A stretch of DNA of 53,734 bases from Balamuthia mandrillaris (lineage: Eukaryota): the NCBI GenBank assembly GCA_031835245.2, contig JAVKOQ020000012.1, positions 372,001-425,734 on the forward strand, in the 5' to 3' direction. Made by a program: the position numbers and the translations under genes. The first letter of the stretch is position 1; every line of letters begins with the position of its first letter. Under the pieces are notes generated by a model. The model made no database searches and was not told the origin of the DNA. It worked only from the letters and a program-made list of their open reading frames with translations. This document shows positions 1-11,674 of the stretch, one piece after another.

Positions 1-2043
1 GTTTTCTCTGTCCTTCTTGTCTTCTTTCTTTCGGTCAATTTCCTTTCCTTTATCATCCTTCTCTTCGTTTTCAACAGTGGTTGCCCGATCGCCTTCTTCC
101 TCCTCTTCTTCTTCTTCATGTTCTTTTTGAAACTCATCATTTCCCTGCTTTAGCAAGTTCTTTATGTTTTCCTTGAAGCTTTCTTTCATCACTGGTTTCT
201 TCTTGTTCTTATCGGTTTTTGAATTTTTGTTCCTCCGCTCATCGTCCACATTCGGTTTCATGATGGAATTTTTCGAAGGTGAAGAAGAAGCAGAAGGAGT
301 TGATGACGAAGAAGATGAAGAAGAGAGAGCAGTTGAAGGACTTATCGTGGCACCATCATCAAAGTCTGCTTCTCCCACAAATGTGCCACAAGGATCCTCC
401 TCTCGAAAGTACTTCACATGAAGCCGTTGATTGAAACACACTCGCCTTCCTCCGTAGTTCCCAAAGTTTTGTTGATAGTAGTCAGAACGCTTAAAGTCAG
501 CAAGAATGCCGTCCACCTTGCGCGCTTTCTTCCACCGTTGAGGGAGGGAGCTCAATGGCACGAACAAACGAATGGCCATCACTCGGTCACTCTCCAGCCG
601 AAGCACCAGAGCATCGCTCTCACAGGATGAACTTCGACTTCGGTCAACATGAAAGGTTCTACCCGTATTCTTAGAGGCCTTTTTGCCTCCCTTGCCATTG
701 CCGTTACCTGCTTGGCTGTTCTCTCTCGCCAAAGGATCCTTCTTCCAGAACAGATCCACATCGAAGCTAGCCTCCTCCAGATGGTAGCAAATCTCTCTTT
801 GCTTGGGATTAAGTTTGTCCATAGGGCCATAACTCAATGTGCAGGAAATGAGACCTTCGTGTGGAAACCGTGCAGCACCTTTCTTCTTACCGCCTCCTCC
901 GGAACTGCTGCTCTTCATCTCCAAAGGACCACTGAGGTCTTTGTCAACCCGTAAACAAAACCACCATCCCAACTCCTCGCCGATATTTTGTCCGCCATCT
1001 AACTCCTTTCGACGGCTGTACTTGCTCTTTTTCTTAGATGCTTCCTCCTCTTCCGTTTTCTCCTTTTCCTCTTTTTGTTCGTTGTTTTCGTTCTTTTTGT
1101 TGTTTTTCTTCTTGTCGTTTTGTTCGTCTGCTTGCGTCTTGTCTCCTTCTTGCGCTTTTGGTTTTGGTTTTATGGCTGGCGGCAAGTGAGAGTCTTCGGG
1201 GACGCCGCTAACCACAAACTTGCGCTCTTCGTCGTCCAAAACCACCAACCGCAACAACCATCCTTCCTTTGCTTTCGCCGGTGTCCTTTTTGTTGCACCT
1301 TTCTGTCCTCGTGTTCTCTTTCCTCTGGCTCTTCCCTCTACTGCTTCCACTTCTCCTTCACTTCTTTCTTCCTCTTCATCCTCTTCTTCTTCTTCGTCCT
1401 CTTCTCCTTCTTCGGAGGAATCAAGCTCGACGTAGTTGACCATGGATCGTTTGGTAACATTGCGAGAGGAGCGCCGCCGCAAGTTCCATCCTTCTCCCTC
1501 TTGGCTCTCCTCCTGACTAAACTCGGAGCCTAACAACGCGTCTTTGTTCGCGCTGCCACCTTCCTGCCGAAGGAACGAGCACCAGGCCTTCAGGTCAGCA
1601 ACCTCCCGTTCATGCTCAGTTCTTTTCCGCTTCACCCCTCTTCCTTGTTGTGCTTGCTCTTTCTTTGTCCTCTTGGTCGGGCTTGTTGCTGCTACTCCTT
1701 CTCCCTTTGGTGGTTGGGGACCTTTTCTGTTGGAGGTGGCAGCGGGCACCTCTTCTTTAGCTTCTGCTTCTTCTACTTCTTGCTGTTGCTGCCGCTTCTG
1801 TTTTTTGGAATCACTTCGTGAGGGAGCAGCTTCCGCTGCGTTCTTTCTTTGTCGCTTGCTTGCAGAGGAAGTCGATCGAGTGCCCGTTTGGCGTCCTCTG
1901 GTTCCTCCTCCTTTTCCGTTGATTGGCGCAGTGGTTGCGGTTGTTGCCTTTCTCTTCTTGCTTGCAGTGGCAGCTTTGGGCGTTTCTTCAGCGGAGCTCA
2001 GCAGCACGTTCTCTTGCGACTCCTCCGCTTGAGAGTCCTCCAT
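1..2043 (-). CDS. Hypothetical protein, 3'-truncated by the window; long Lys/Glu/Ser-rich low-complexity regions around an unrecognised globular segment
   Basis: ATG at 2043 (MEDSQAEESQENVLLSSAEE...). The same frame is open in the parts I translated, including ~970-300 (GWWFCLRVDKDLSG...DFKRSDYYQQNFGNYGGRRVCFNQRLHVKYF). It is absent from the ORF track, consistent with no stop inside the window. Confidence 0.7.
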   Translation of the reverse strand, partial: MEDSQAEESQENVLLSSAEETPKAATASKKRKATTATTAPINGKGGGTRGRQTGTRSTSSASKRQRKNAAEAAPSRSDSKKQKRQQQQEVEEAEAKEEVPAATSNRKGPQPPKGEGVAATSPTKRTKKEQAQQGRGVKRKRTEHEREVADLKAWCSFLRQEGGSANKDALLGSEFSQEESQEGEGWNLRRRSSRNVTKRSMVNYVELDSSEEGEEDEEEEEDEEEERSEGEVEAVEGRARGKRTRGQKGATKRTPAKAKEGWLLRLVVLDDEERKFVVSGVPEDSHLPPAIKPKPKAQEGDKTQADEQNDKKKNNKKNENNEQKEEKEKTEEEEASKKKSKYSRRKELDGGQNIGEELGWWFCLRVDKDLSGPLEMKSSSSGGGGKKKGAARFPHEGLISCTLSYGPMDKLNPKQREICYHLEEASFDVDLFWKKDPLARENSQAGNGNGKGGKKASKNTGRTFHVDRSRSSSCESDALVLRLESDRVMAIRLFVPLSSLPQRWKKARKVDGILADFKRSDYYQQNFGNYGGRRVCFNQRLHVKYFREEDPCGTFVGEADFDDGATISPSTALSSSSSSSSTPSASSSPSKNSIMKPNVDDERRNKNSKTDKNKKKPVMKESFKENIKNLLKQGNDEFQKEHEEEEEEEEGDRATTVENEEKDDKGKEIDRKKEDKKDREN

Positions 2044-2164
2044 GCTGCGTCTCCCTTTCTTCGTTTCTCTTTTTTGTTTTCCTCTCAACCCAAAATATTT
2101 CCAAGAATGAGAAACAATTAAGAATAAATTTAAAAAAAATTGGAAATACAAACAAAAAAGAAAG

Positions 2165-2237
2165 AGGCACCAGTGGGATTCGAACCCACGACCTTCTCCT
2201 TACTAGGGAGACGCGCTGCCAACTACGCCATGGCGCC
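2165..2237 (-). tRNA. tRNA-Thr (anticodon AGT)
   Basis: Reverse complement GGCGCCATGGCGTAGTTGGCAGCGCGTCTCCCTAGTAAGGAGAAGGTCGTGGGTTCGAATCCCACTGGTGCCT. Acceptor stem GGCGCCA/TGGTGCC, anticodon arm TCTCC-CT-AGT-AA-GGAGA, GTTCGAA T-loop, downstream T-run. Confidence 0.95.
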
Positions 2238-2480
2238 CTTGTCGAAAATATCAGTTCTATTTTGCGACTACGTTCGAAAAAAACATTCGACTCTCGGCTT
2301 TCGTTTTTCCTGCTGGCTGAAAAGAAATGGCGTGGGATAAAAGGGCAGCAAATTTGCCCTGCGCTTCCCTGCTTCTTTTCGCGGGGAAAATTAGCGTCGA
2401 CAAAGACCACCGCCAAACCAAACCGTTGTGCGTTGGTCTTATGGTTTTGGTGCGCTGCTCCAAAGTCTGTTCGAACAGGG

Positions 2481-3442
2481 ATGGGGCGCTTGCGGTTCTG
2501 TTTGCTCACCCGCGGTTCTACTGCAGTGGAACTTTTTTCTGCTCCTCACAGCTCTTCCTCACTAGTTTCATCAGCCACCCTCTCGCCTTTCACTGGTCTA
2601 TCCGCCACACGGTCGCTGACTTACTCCTCGCGCTTAAAAGCCGTGGCAGCTATGATCGACCGTGAAGAGGGACCCATTTTGGACATTGGCTACGACCACG
2701 CCCACCTCCTTCACCTCTTGCACAAAGAGGGCAGAACGAACCTCTGGGGAACGGACCTCAACACACGGGTCAAGGCCACCGCCTACCAGAAACTGGTTTG
2801 GAAACCGCCTCACATACCTCAGCTGCTGGTTGCCAACGGCTTTGCTCCCTTTGAACCTGGCTTCATCAAACAAGGTTTCCTCCTCTTCTCTTCACACTTT
2901 TCTCGTTGTTTACTTTTGTTTTTGAAAAAAAAAAAAAAACAGCGGTGATGGCCGGGCTCGGCCAAGACGTGATGGTGAATATGCTCGACCGCTTTTTCGG
3001 ACACGCGAAGCAGCTGCGACGGCTGGTGCTCTGCCCAACAAGCCTTTTCTCGCCCACACTGCGAGAATACCTCAAAAGCCATCACTGGCGCATCGTCCAG
3101 GAGGACCTCGTCGCAGAAAACCAACAGTTCTACACTGTCATAGCGGCGCAGCCAATGGCAGCGGACCAGCAGGCTCCTCCTTTGGAGGGAGTGTCGTTGT
3201 ACTTTGGCCCTATCCTCACGACGTCGCCTTCGCTTCGGCCTCTGATGAAGGAGTATGTGAAGGAGGTATACCGACTGGTGCCTTTTGCCAGAGGGGCTCA
3301 TCTTGGTCCTACACTGCTTCAACAACTTGAAGAACTTGATCGGCAACAAGCACAACCACACGAACAAGAACTTCCGTCTGCTTCTTCCCATAAAACACCT
3401 TCTTCTTTGCCCACGTCTCCCTCACAACCGCAAACCACATAA
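2481..3442 (+). CDS. trmK: tRNA (adenine-22-N1)-methyltransferase TrmK-like, with putative mitochondrial presequence; 2 exons (2481-2874, 2943-3442)
   Basis: Motifs SSRLKAVAAMI...ILDIGYDHAHL, AGLGQDVMVNML, LVLCP...LREYL...WRIVQEDLVAENQQFYTVI match the bacterial TrmK pattern. The GT-AG intron 2875-2942 is phase-compatible. The N-terminus is Ser/Arg/Leu-rich. Confidence 0.75.
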
Positions 3443-3758
3443 CCAACAAAGCGCAACCGGTCTTTCACCATATTTATTATGAGATCGTAATGCAGGCGCT
3501 GCGAATTTATCTCTTTTTCGCCCTCATCTTGCATGTTCTGCGATGAGGACTTTGCAGCAATTCGTACGCAACATCTCTTCCGTACGGGAAAAAAAAAGCT
3601 TCACTGACGTATCCACCTCTTGTTTAGTGATACTTTGCTCTGATAGCTTACACAACTTGTGCGAAGGTGAACATTCTAATGATGTATGACGAAGTGGACA
3701 CAGAAAGAAAAACATGGAGTACGTAAGGACCAAAAAAAAAATGAGGACCCTCTTATTA

Positions 3759-6090
3759 TCAATCGATGCGGAAGCAGAGGCAGGTGGTGTGGTCCAGTTT
3801 GCCAGGATAGTCCTTGGATGCGACTGGTTGTCTCTTATCGGGGTTTTGTTCCATGAAGTCACGCATGTTCTCCGTTGTTTCAAGAGCATGTCCGATCAAC
3901 AGCTGCGTTACCATTTTGGGCGTCAGCAGAAGTTCATTCCCTTCACGGCGTTCTCCTTCCTCTTCTTCGTCTTCCAACACCCATCCATAGTGTTGCTGTT
4001 GTTCTCCAGAACTTTCTTCGCCCCTCGTCGTCTCTTTCGAGTCTCCGCTTTCTGCTTCTTCTTTCTTTGTATCAGCTGAAGCTGCATTGGGAAGGGCACG
4101 AGGAGACCACTTTCGTGGGGTGAAACTTCCTCCTCCTTCCGTTACAGCAGCCGTACCGGACAACAGCTTCTGCTCCAACAAGTTCATCATAAACCGATTC
4201 TTGATCTCTAAACACTCTTCCTGAGGCAGGTCTTCCCACCGCACCTCTTTCTTCTCACCATTACCATCCTCATCATTGGCATCACTGCTGTTGGGCCGCA
4301 ACTCGTTTGGCAAGAAGCCTAACGTCTGAGGATCGAGGTTGTCATGGACGCCATCGCTAACGGCCCAAATCAGGTCTCCTTCCTCCAAGTCCTCATACCA
4401 ATGACAACGAAGGTTTCTCAGGTCAGGACCCATCGTCGATGGGTCTACCTCGCCGGTGGAGGGGGACGAAGTGGAGCAAGGACCGATGCGGCCGCCACAG
4501 TCGCTAGGGTTGAGGAGGTCCCCGCGGTTGCCTTTGGTCAAGTCATGGAAGCTCCTGCTTCGCACTGAGAAGCGAAAGAGCTTGCAGTCTCCTATCGACA
4601 CAAATAGCAGTCCTTTCTTTGGCACAGAAGATGAAGACGAAGGAGGTTGATGGTGATGCTCTTTTTTAGCAGGATCCTCATTCTCCGAAGGAGGAGTTAG
4701 GTCAAAGGTGATGCCCGCAATGAGGGTGGTGGTGCCGCATTCGTAGACATCTTTACCACGGATGATGTCGTTATGGGCGGTGGCAACGGTTTGCAGCAAC
4801 ACTTTGGCGAGCTCACCGACGCTGCGGGCCAGGGAGGCGGTGGGCATGGCCGGCAAGAACACGTTTTCGAAAAAATCTTTCCATTTCTTGTTGGCGGCTC
4901 GTCTGCGATCCGCCCTTCTTGTGTTGTTGGTGGGAGGCGTGCTTGTTCCTTCCTCGTCTCTTTCTTCATCAACTATGGACAAACCCTCTTCTCCCTCCTC
5001 TGTCGAAGAAGAAATGTATTTCTCCTCCAGTTCCACCATTTCTCTCAGCAAGTCGGTGTCCATTCCCAGCATCGTTTCCTTCTTACTCTCGTCTTCCAAA
5101 ACCACGACTGCTCCTCTCCTTCCTTCTCTCCCTCCTTCCGTTCCTCTTCTCCTCCGCTCTTCTCCTTCATTCTCGGAAGAGGCATAAGAACAAGAATGAC
5201 GATTAGCCCCTCCTCCAACTCCTCCTCCAACACCCCCCGCAAGAGCAGCGCTGATACGTCCAGTTGCAAACCTGTTGAGTGTCTTCATGAACCGGCGACA
5301 AGCAGTCTTTGCAGCAGCAGCGGCGGCGAAGCCCCATCCGCAGCCGTCGCAAACGCAAAAGATGAGGCCATTGTCATAGCTTCTGGCTGCAAAGTAATCA
5401 CAGACCGGATCCCCTTGTCGGGCTCCTGGGATTTGAAGGATGCGCGGATAGGTAGATGTAGAATGAGCAAATACTTTGTACTTTCCTTTAGTTCGGATGG
5501 GCTTTAGTTTGACTTGTAGTCCCTCAGTTGCATTCAGTTCATTTGTTGCAGCGGTTGTTGTCGCTCTGGTCTTTGCGTCATTATTGGGGGATAAAGGAGG
5601 AGAGGAAGCAGGGGAGAAAGAAGGATGGGCGATGTACTCCTCCAGTTCGTATTGGTTGGGACCTTCGATGAAGTTGACATCTTTGGGTATGCGAGAGAAG
5701 TGAGACCTGATGAAGACATCGTCTTCGCCTGCCAAGTCCACAACGATGTTTCCCACATCGGTATCGTCGCTATTGTTGCCTGCGGGTTGCGCTTCGGAGG
5801 AAGCAGACGGTGAGGTAAGAGGAGGACTGTACTCGTGCAACTGTCGTTTCTTTTTCTTTGTCCAGACAAGTGGCACAAAGTTACGCTGGTGAAGTCTAAA
5901 GTAGGGTTGGTCCTCGCAAGGAGGGGTCATTGAATCACTTAGTAGAAGGCCACAACTTTGAAGCAGTTCCTCGACTCGGCTTACTGGGAACGAGAAAGGT
6001 CTTGCTTTATAATTATCTGCCTCCAGTTCATTCGTTCTTCCAACTTTGTCTTTGGCGGCCAAATATTGTTAATAATGTTTGCGCGAGAAC

Positions 6091-6151
<61 letters not shown>

Positions 6152-7543
6152 GAGAGAGAGAAACGAAAGAGATAAGGGCACCTTTCAGTTCTTCAGAGAT
6201 GATCATACCCAATTGGCTGTTATTCCGTTGCAACAATTCTCTGTTTTTGTTCCTGGACCGTCCAAACTTGCCAGACCAAATACTTCCCACCTTTTTCTTC
6301 TTCTTTTGTTCCTTTTCTTTCTCTTCTGTCGAAGCAGTGGTAGCACCCTTGTCTTTGCCTTTGCTTCTCTTTCCATCAACGAGTTTCGTTTGTTTCATTG
6401 CCTTGATCTCCGCTCGCTTCAACGAAGCCAACTCTTCCATTGACTTGGATAGCCTTTGTCCCTTCATGTTCTTGCTAAGCATGGGCCGTGGTGGAGGTCT
6501 TTTCCCAACAGTAGCAGCGCCATTAATGCCAGTAATTCCTACAATTCCACTTCCACTGGTTGTGGCAAGATCACCCCCGATGTTGTTGTGCAAAAGGCGG
6601 TATGTTACGGAAGTACTCACACTGTGATGGTCATTGTTGTTGTTGTTGAGAGAAGCGCCGGTGGCAATGTTGGATCCGAGCATGGAAGCCTCTTGCATGC
6701 CTTTTGCCATTAACGCGATGACTTTCTTGTCCTTCTTTTTATCTTTGGGGGTATAACCAGGGCTGAGGTTGTTGTGTCCTTTTGTTGTCGTTGTAACATC
6801 TTTTTTCTTCTTATGGTGGTGCTCTCCGTTGTTGCTGCTGTTGTTGGCGTTGAGAGATAGATCCAGAATGCCGGCTAAGCCTTCCTTACGTGCTACAAAG
6901 TTGTCTGTGTGCTTGTTCTGAGACACCAAGTGTGATGCCGTTGTTGTTGCAACTGCCGCTGCGTTTCTTTTTTTGCCATGCTCTGAGGAGGAGGAAGAAG
7001 AGGAGGAGGAGGAGGAGGAGGAGGAAGAATCACCAGAAGAGGTGGAAGAAGGGAAGGCTCGAGGAGGGTAAGAACTGCCCAAAAGTGAGTTTTTGGCTTC
7101 TGCACCCGTTTTCGTGGTAGAAGAAGGAGGAGAAAGCAGAGGAGAAGGATGTTCGCCACAATCTCGAGTAGCCGCTCGCTTACGATGAGGAGTGGTACCA
7201 GTGGCAACTTTGGTGCTGTCGTTGTTGTTACTTTTCGTTTTGTCGGGTTGAGAGGGCAGAACCGCGGCGTGCTGGCGTTCAATGTGGTGGCTGCGCCGAG
7301 AAGGAACGGCTTCGCGCGGCCGAGAATGGTTGGTGGCAGCTGCTTCTTGAAAGCGGCTAACGGCTTGTCTCACGGCGCCACTTCCATAGGAAGGCGAACT
7401 ATAACGGGAAAAACAAAAGCAACAATGAAAACTTTAGCATTAATAAACTTTTTTTTTGCTTCTTCGTTCGTTCTTCTTTCCTCAAAGGACAACTCAGGAA
7501 TATAAAACAAACGAAAAAATAAAACATACTTTGGGGTGGCCAT
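3759..7543 (-). CDS. PP2C/PPM-type phosphatase-domain protein with long low-complexity N-terminus; 3 exons (7543-7530, 7398-6182, 6049-3759)
   Basis: Motifs CVCDGCGWG, GTTTL, SIGDCK, VSDGVHDNLDP, GKLDHTT. Two phase-compatible GT-AG introns join ORFs 6069-7373 and 3759-6062. Confidence 0.8.
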
Positions 7544-8143
7544 CTTTGTATAAAAACTATGGATCGGCCTGACGGTTGTTCTATGTTGCCCATTCGCATG
7601 ACGGAAGTTAGAAAAACATGAACCGGTTAGACCGGTGGAAGGAGGTTGGGGGTGGAGCGGACAGCAAGAAGAGAAAAAAACAAACACAAAAGCAAGTACC
7701 GTTTTAACAAAGACTAGAGACACACAAGCCTTATTAATTTTTTTTAAGTTTTTGCTACACCGAGTCAATGCGCAACCTCCGTTTAAAAAAAAATAACTAC
7801 AGAATCGCACCGACCTCTCAGTCTCCCCCCGCCAAGTTAACAAGGCGTTTCAAAGGTTGCGGCAGCAGGGGGGGACTCCACGTAATGTTGGCGGCAAGCG
7901 TGTTGGTGGCGCAGTAGTAGGTCTGTCGTGGGAGGGCTGGGCAGTTTGCCCGACAACATTTGATCCGGGTCAATAGATCACAAGTCGACAAATTATCCAA
8001 TATGTGAATCTCCATTGGCTCGACCCCGGTTTGATTGTTGGTTGGGTATTTTTGTGAAGGCAATTTGTTCCTTAAAAAACTGATATATATATATATATAT
8101 TTCTTGCACGACGCTGCACTCCGGAAGAAGAAGAAGAAGGCAG

Positions 8144-8736
8144 ATGGAGAAGGAAGAGGAGAGGTTGAAGGGCCGGGTGGCAGTCATCACGGGAGGAGCC
8201 TCTGGGATAGGCAAGGCCGCTGCGCTATTGTTCAGCAAGGAAGGGGCAAGCGTGGTCATTGCAGACGTGGATAAAGCGGCTGGCAAAGCCCTCTGGCCAA
8301 CAAATCAACGACACGTTCGCCTCCAAGCGAGCCTTCTTCGTGTTCTGTGATGTGCGTGAGGCCTCTCATATTACCGAGACCATCCAAGCGGCCCTTAGGG
8401 AGTTTGGCGGCTTTGACATCATGTGCAACAACGCTGGCATCAGTCTGTCCAACCAGGGCTTTCCTGGTGGGGTTAGCAGCGAGGCCTGGCGTCGTCTCAT
8501 CGACATCAATCTCATAGCTGTGGTAGAAGGCACGCAACAGGCGTGGCTGGAGATGAAGAAAGAAAGAGCTGGAGCGGTTCACCAGAACAAAGGCGGTGTA
8601 ATCATCAACACCTCCTGGTCTTGTACTCATGCCACATGACCCCGTCTACGCTGCTACCAAGGCTGGCGTTATCCACTTTACGCGCTCTCTTGCCGAGCTA
8701 GCCATCGCCGACAACATTGCCATCCACGCTCTCTGG

Positions 8737-8781
<45 letters not shown>

Positions 8782-9070
8782 TAACGGTTGTGTTGAAACT
8801 TACGTCGCGACGACCACAAGTCCGTCCTTCACACTTACGCCATTGGTGGAACAACAAGGGGAGCAGATGATGGAAGCCATGTCAGCGATGGTGGGCGGCA
8901 TGCTGCCCGTGGAGGAAGTGGCGGTGGGCATGTTGGAGCTGGCCCTGCTGCCCCTCCAACGCTCTGGCGCTATCATGAAGGTGACAGTTCGTGGTGGGAG
9001 AGACTATTTGCCAGAAAAAGCCCCTAGCCCCCAACCAAACGTCGCAGACAACAATAAAGCACAGTTATGA
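8144..9070 (+). pseudogene. Short-chain dehydrogenase/reductase (15-PGDH-like) with two frameshifts; pseudogene or consensus error
   Basis: [13 protein letters not shown] and YAATK motifs are split across reading frames, with shifts near 8290 and 8615. One (CT)n-containing intron at ~8736-8820. Confidence 0.65.
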
Positions 9071-9211
9071 GGTAAGGATGAGAACAGGAACAAAAAGCCA
9101 AAGGCAAAACGGTAAAGGCAAGGAAGGAGGGTGGAAGGAAGTTACAAATGTATATTTACTGTTGGTGCCAAGTTGGGTGATGGAAAACTCTCAGGAACAA
9201 CTGGAGCCCTG

Positions 9212-10270
9212 TTACCAGTTTTGTTTTCCGGTGAAGGCTGCACAATACAGAAAACCAAAGTAATGCAAGCATGTTAGTCATGTAGGTAGCGCAGAATAAA
9301 AAGTTTGGACAAAGAACAGAACAAGGATCAAAAGAAGGATAAAGTGTAAAGCAGGGAAACTTACGGTCAAACTTGGAAATAGGTTCTCCCGTGTAGGGAT
9401 TGAACTTGGTACCAAAAGGGAAGCCACTGCCTGTGGTAGCAGTAGAAGAGGAGGAGGAAGTAGAAGTGGTGGTAGTGGTGGTAGTGGTAGCAGGACGATA
9501 GCCACCGCCGGTATTCCTTTGGGGAGAGGAAGCGAAGGAAGGAGAGGACGACGGAGAGGAAGAAGACGGAGGGGAACTGCTTCGTGCGCTAGTGTTCACA
9601 GCAACTGTGGCGGTGGTGCTGGGTCCCCCATGCCAGTCGGAGGGAAGCGCGTTGGAGGACTTTACGGAGGAGTTCAGTTGAGGGCGGAAGCCCTTCTGTT
9701 TGGCCACTCGACCGAGGGAGTGGACGGCGAGCACCACCTGTCCCATGTTCTTGGCCTCAAAGAGGTCGACCGTCATGAAGGACTCGTTGGGGGGCACTCC
9801 CATTTGCCCGATGGCGGTTAGGAAGTAGCCTATGTTTTCCATTTGCATGAAGGGCATGTTATTGCGGTTGATCTTGGGGATGATGCCCGGCTGGATCTTG
9901 TTGGCCAAACTAGAAGGACAGAAGCGGGGGAAAAGGCACCATGATTACCACTTGTGTGTTCGTAAAAAAGAAATAGAACAGTGCGTTAAAGAAATGTGGT
10001 ACGTGCACAGGATGACTCCATTTTTCAACCCGGCGTGGAAGTCAGAACCGATGGACATGCCAGTGGCCGCTTCAATCCATTGCCTAGCCTCTCGCTCTAA
10101 TTGGGGGTCATACTTTTTTTTTTTCCACAAACGAAAGCAAACAAAAACAAAAACAAACAAGGTTGGTGCCGCGAAAGTGCCAAGCCAAGCGGGGGAGCAT
10201 GGATTACCTTAGCTTCCTGCTTTTGCTTTAGCTCAGCAGAGAGACCATAAGCCGGACCGTGAAATGCCAT
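9212..10270 (-). CDS. Calponin/transgelin-like CH-domain protein; 4 exons
   Basis: MAFHGPAYGLSAELKQKQEAK|YDPQLEREARQWIE...LKNGVILC|LANKIQPG...MENIGYFL...FMTVDLFEAKNMGQV. The C-terminus reads KFNPYTGEPISKFDPFTGKQNW after splicing. Confidence 0.9.
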
Positions 10271-10512
10271 TGCCGTAACACTACCTTGTAAATCCAACAC
10301 ACAGACCGTGCCACTGCAAAAAAAAAAAAATCGCCGCTACTGCAAACAAAAAACGGAAAAAAATTAATAAATTATCGATAACTTTATTGGCTGCGGTCCT
10401 TCGTGACGTCATTGCGATTTAAAAAAGATATTTCTGGTTCAATTATGGAAAGTTGGAACCGCGACAAAAAAATAGAAAAGAAAGCAAAGATCGCGGAGCT
10501 GCGGAGGAGAGC

Positions 10513-11066
10513 ATGCAACACAAAAACTTTGTTCCGACGATCAAGCATGCGCGGGATTTGTCGCTGCAAAAGCGCTTGGCGATGTCCATCCTTGATTGTG
10601 GTCACAAGAAAGCCTGGCTTGACCCCACCAAAGCGCAGGAGATCATGAAAGCCAGGACCCGTATGTCCTCAGCGTCCTACTTCTTCTCGTTTTTCTTCTT
10701 CTTGTGCTTCTTCTTGTTCTGCTTCTTCTTCTTCTTTAAAGCTGCGCGGAGAAACCAACACACTGATTAAAACCAAAACAAAACACACAAATAGGAGGTG
10801 AAGTCCGAGCACTGATCAGGGAAGGAGTGATCCGCCACAAGGTGAGCCTTTTCGGAGAAGGCCTCCCCAGAGACAAGCTATTAGACCGGAGGGCAAGGCT
10901 GCGAGCGGCCAGAAAAGTGTTGCTCAAGATGGAGGAGCAACAGCAACGCAACGCGGCTGCCAAGGTGGCAAGTGAGCAAATGGCAGCTGAGCAAGCACAA
11001 CAACGGACAAACCCCAACCAAGACCAACAGACGACGACAGTTAACAAAGAGCAAGAGCGTGCGTGA
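10513..11066 (+). CDS. Ribosomal protein eL19 (L19e) N-terminal-domain paralogue; 2 exons (10513-10660, 10795-11066)
   Basis: DLSLQKRLAMSILDCGHKKAWLDPTKAQEIMKARTRGEVRALIREGVI resembles the eL19 N-terminus (LRLQKRLA..VL.CG..KVWLDP...EI..A.SR..IR.LI.DG.I). The C-terminal half does not match eL19. Confidence 0.7.
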
Positions 11067-11169
11067 AGAAGAAGGGCACGACAAGCTTTTTAAAAACCGA
11101 GGAGGTAAAAACAAGTGTTGTGATTTCTCTAGAACCAGCTCCACTTTTGTTTTTCTCTACAAGGGAGCT

Positions 11170-11674
11170 TCATTCAGAGGAGGGAAAAGGGGCAGACTTT
11201 CGGTGGACATACTCTAATGAGGAAGCAATGTTTCGCATGTCCTGCTCTATTGTCCGTGACCAGTTTTCTACGTCCCCAATTTCCTTTGCGCAAACAGAAA
11301 CAAAGTAAGTGCGAGTTGTTGAAAGCAACACAAGAAAAAAAGCACAAACTTTGAGGGCTTGGTTGAAGTTTTCTACAAGGTGAAGCCATTGGGTGGTTTG
11401 TTTGCAGAAACGGTCGGTCTCACTCTGCACCAAACCAATTTGTTTCTCGATCTCTCTTTGATTGGAAAACACCTTTGCTACACCCATGTTAATGGAGTCC
11501 ATCATGTTGTTGGTGACGGCTTCCACCGAGGCTGCCGCCTTCTTTCTTTTCTTTTCTGCGGTGAGTGCAAGTCAGTCATGAATGCAGCGATTCATTATAT
11601 TGTAGCTTTGTACCATTTTCTTGCCGCAGCTGTTGCTGCTTGTTTTGATGTTCCTTCACTAAAGCAGAAAGCAT
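11170..11674 (-). CDS. BLOC1S1: BLOC-1 subunit 1 (BLOS1/GCN5L1); 3 exons
   Basis: MLSALVKEHQ..., INMGVAKVFSNQREIE..., QWLHLVENFNQALK|EIGDVENWSRTIEQDMRNIASSLEYV. Confidence 0.9.

Noticed and set aside
164..2121. Plus-strand Phe/Ser/Leu-rich ORFs resembling membrane proteins
   Set aside because: Antisense shadows of the Lys/Glu-rich minus-strand gene.
2165..2237. tRNA as the integration site of the YR element
   Set aside because: It lies 40 kb from the island, and I saw no duplicated tRNA 3' end.
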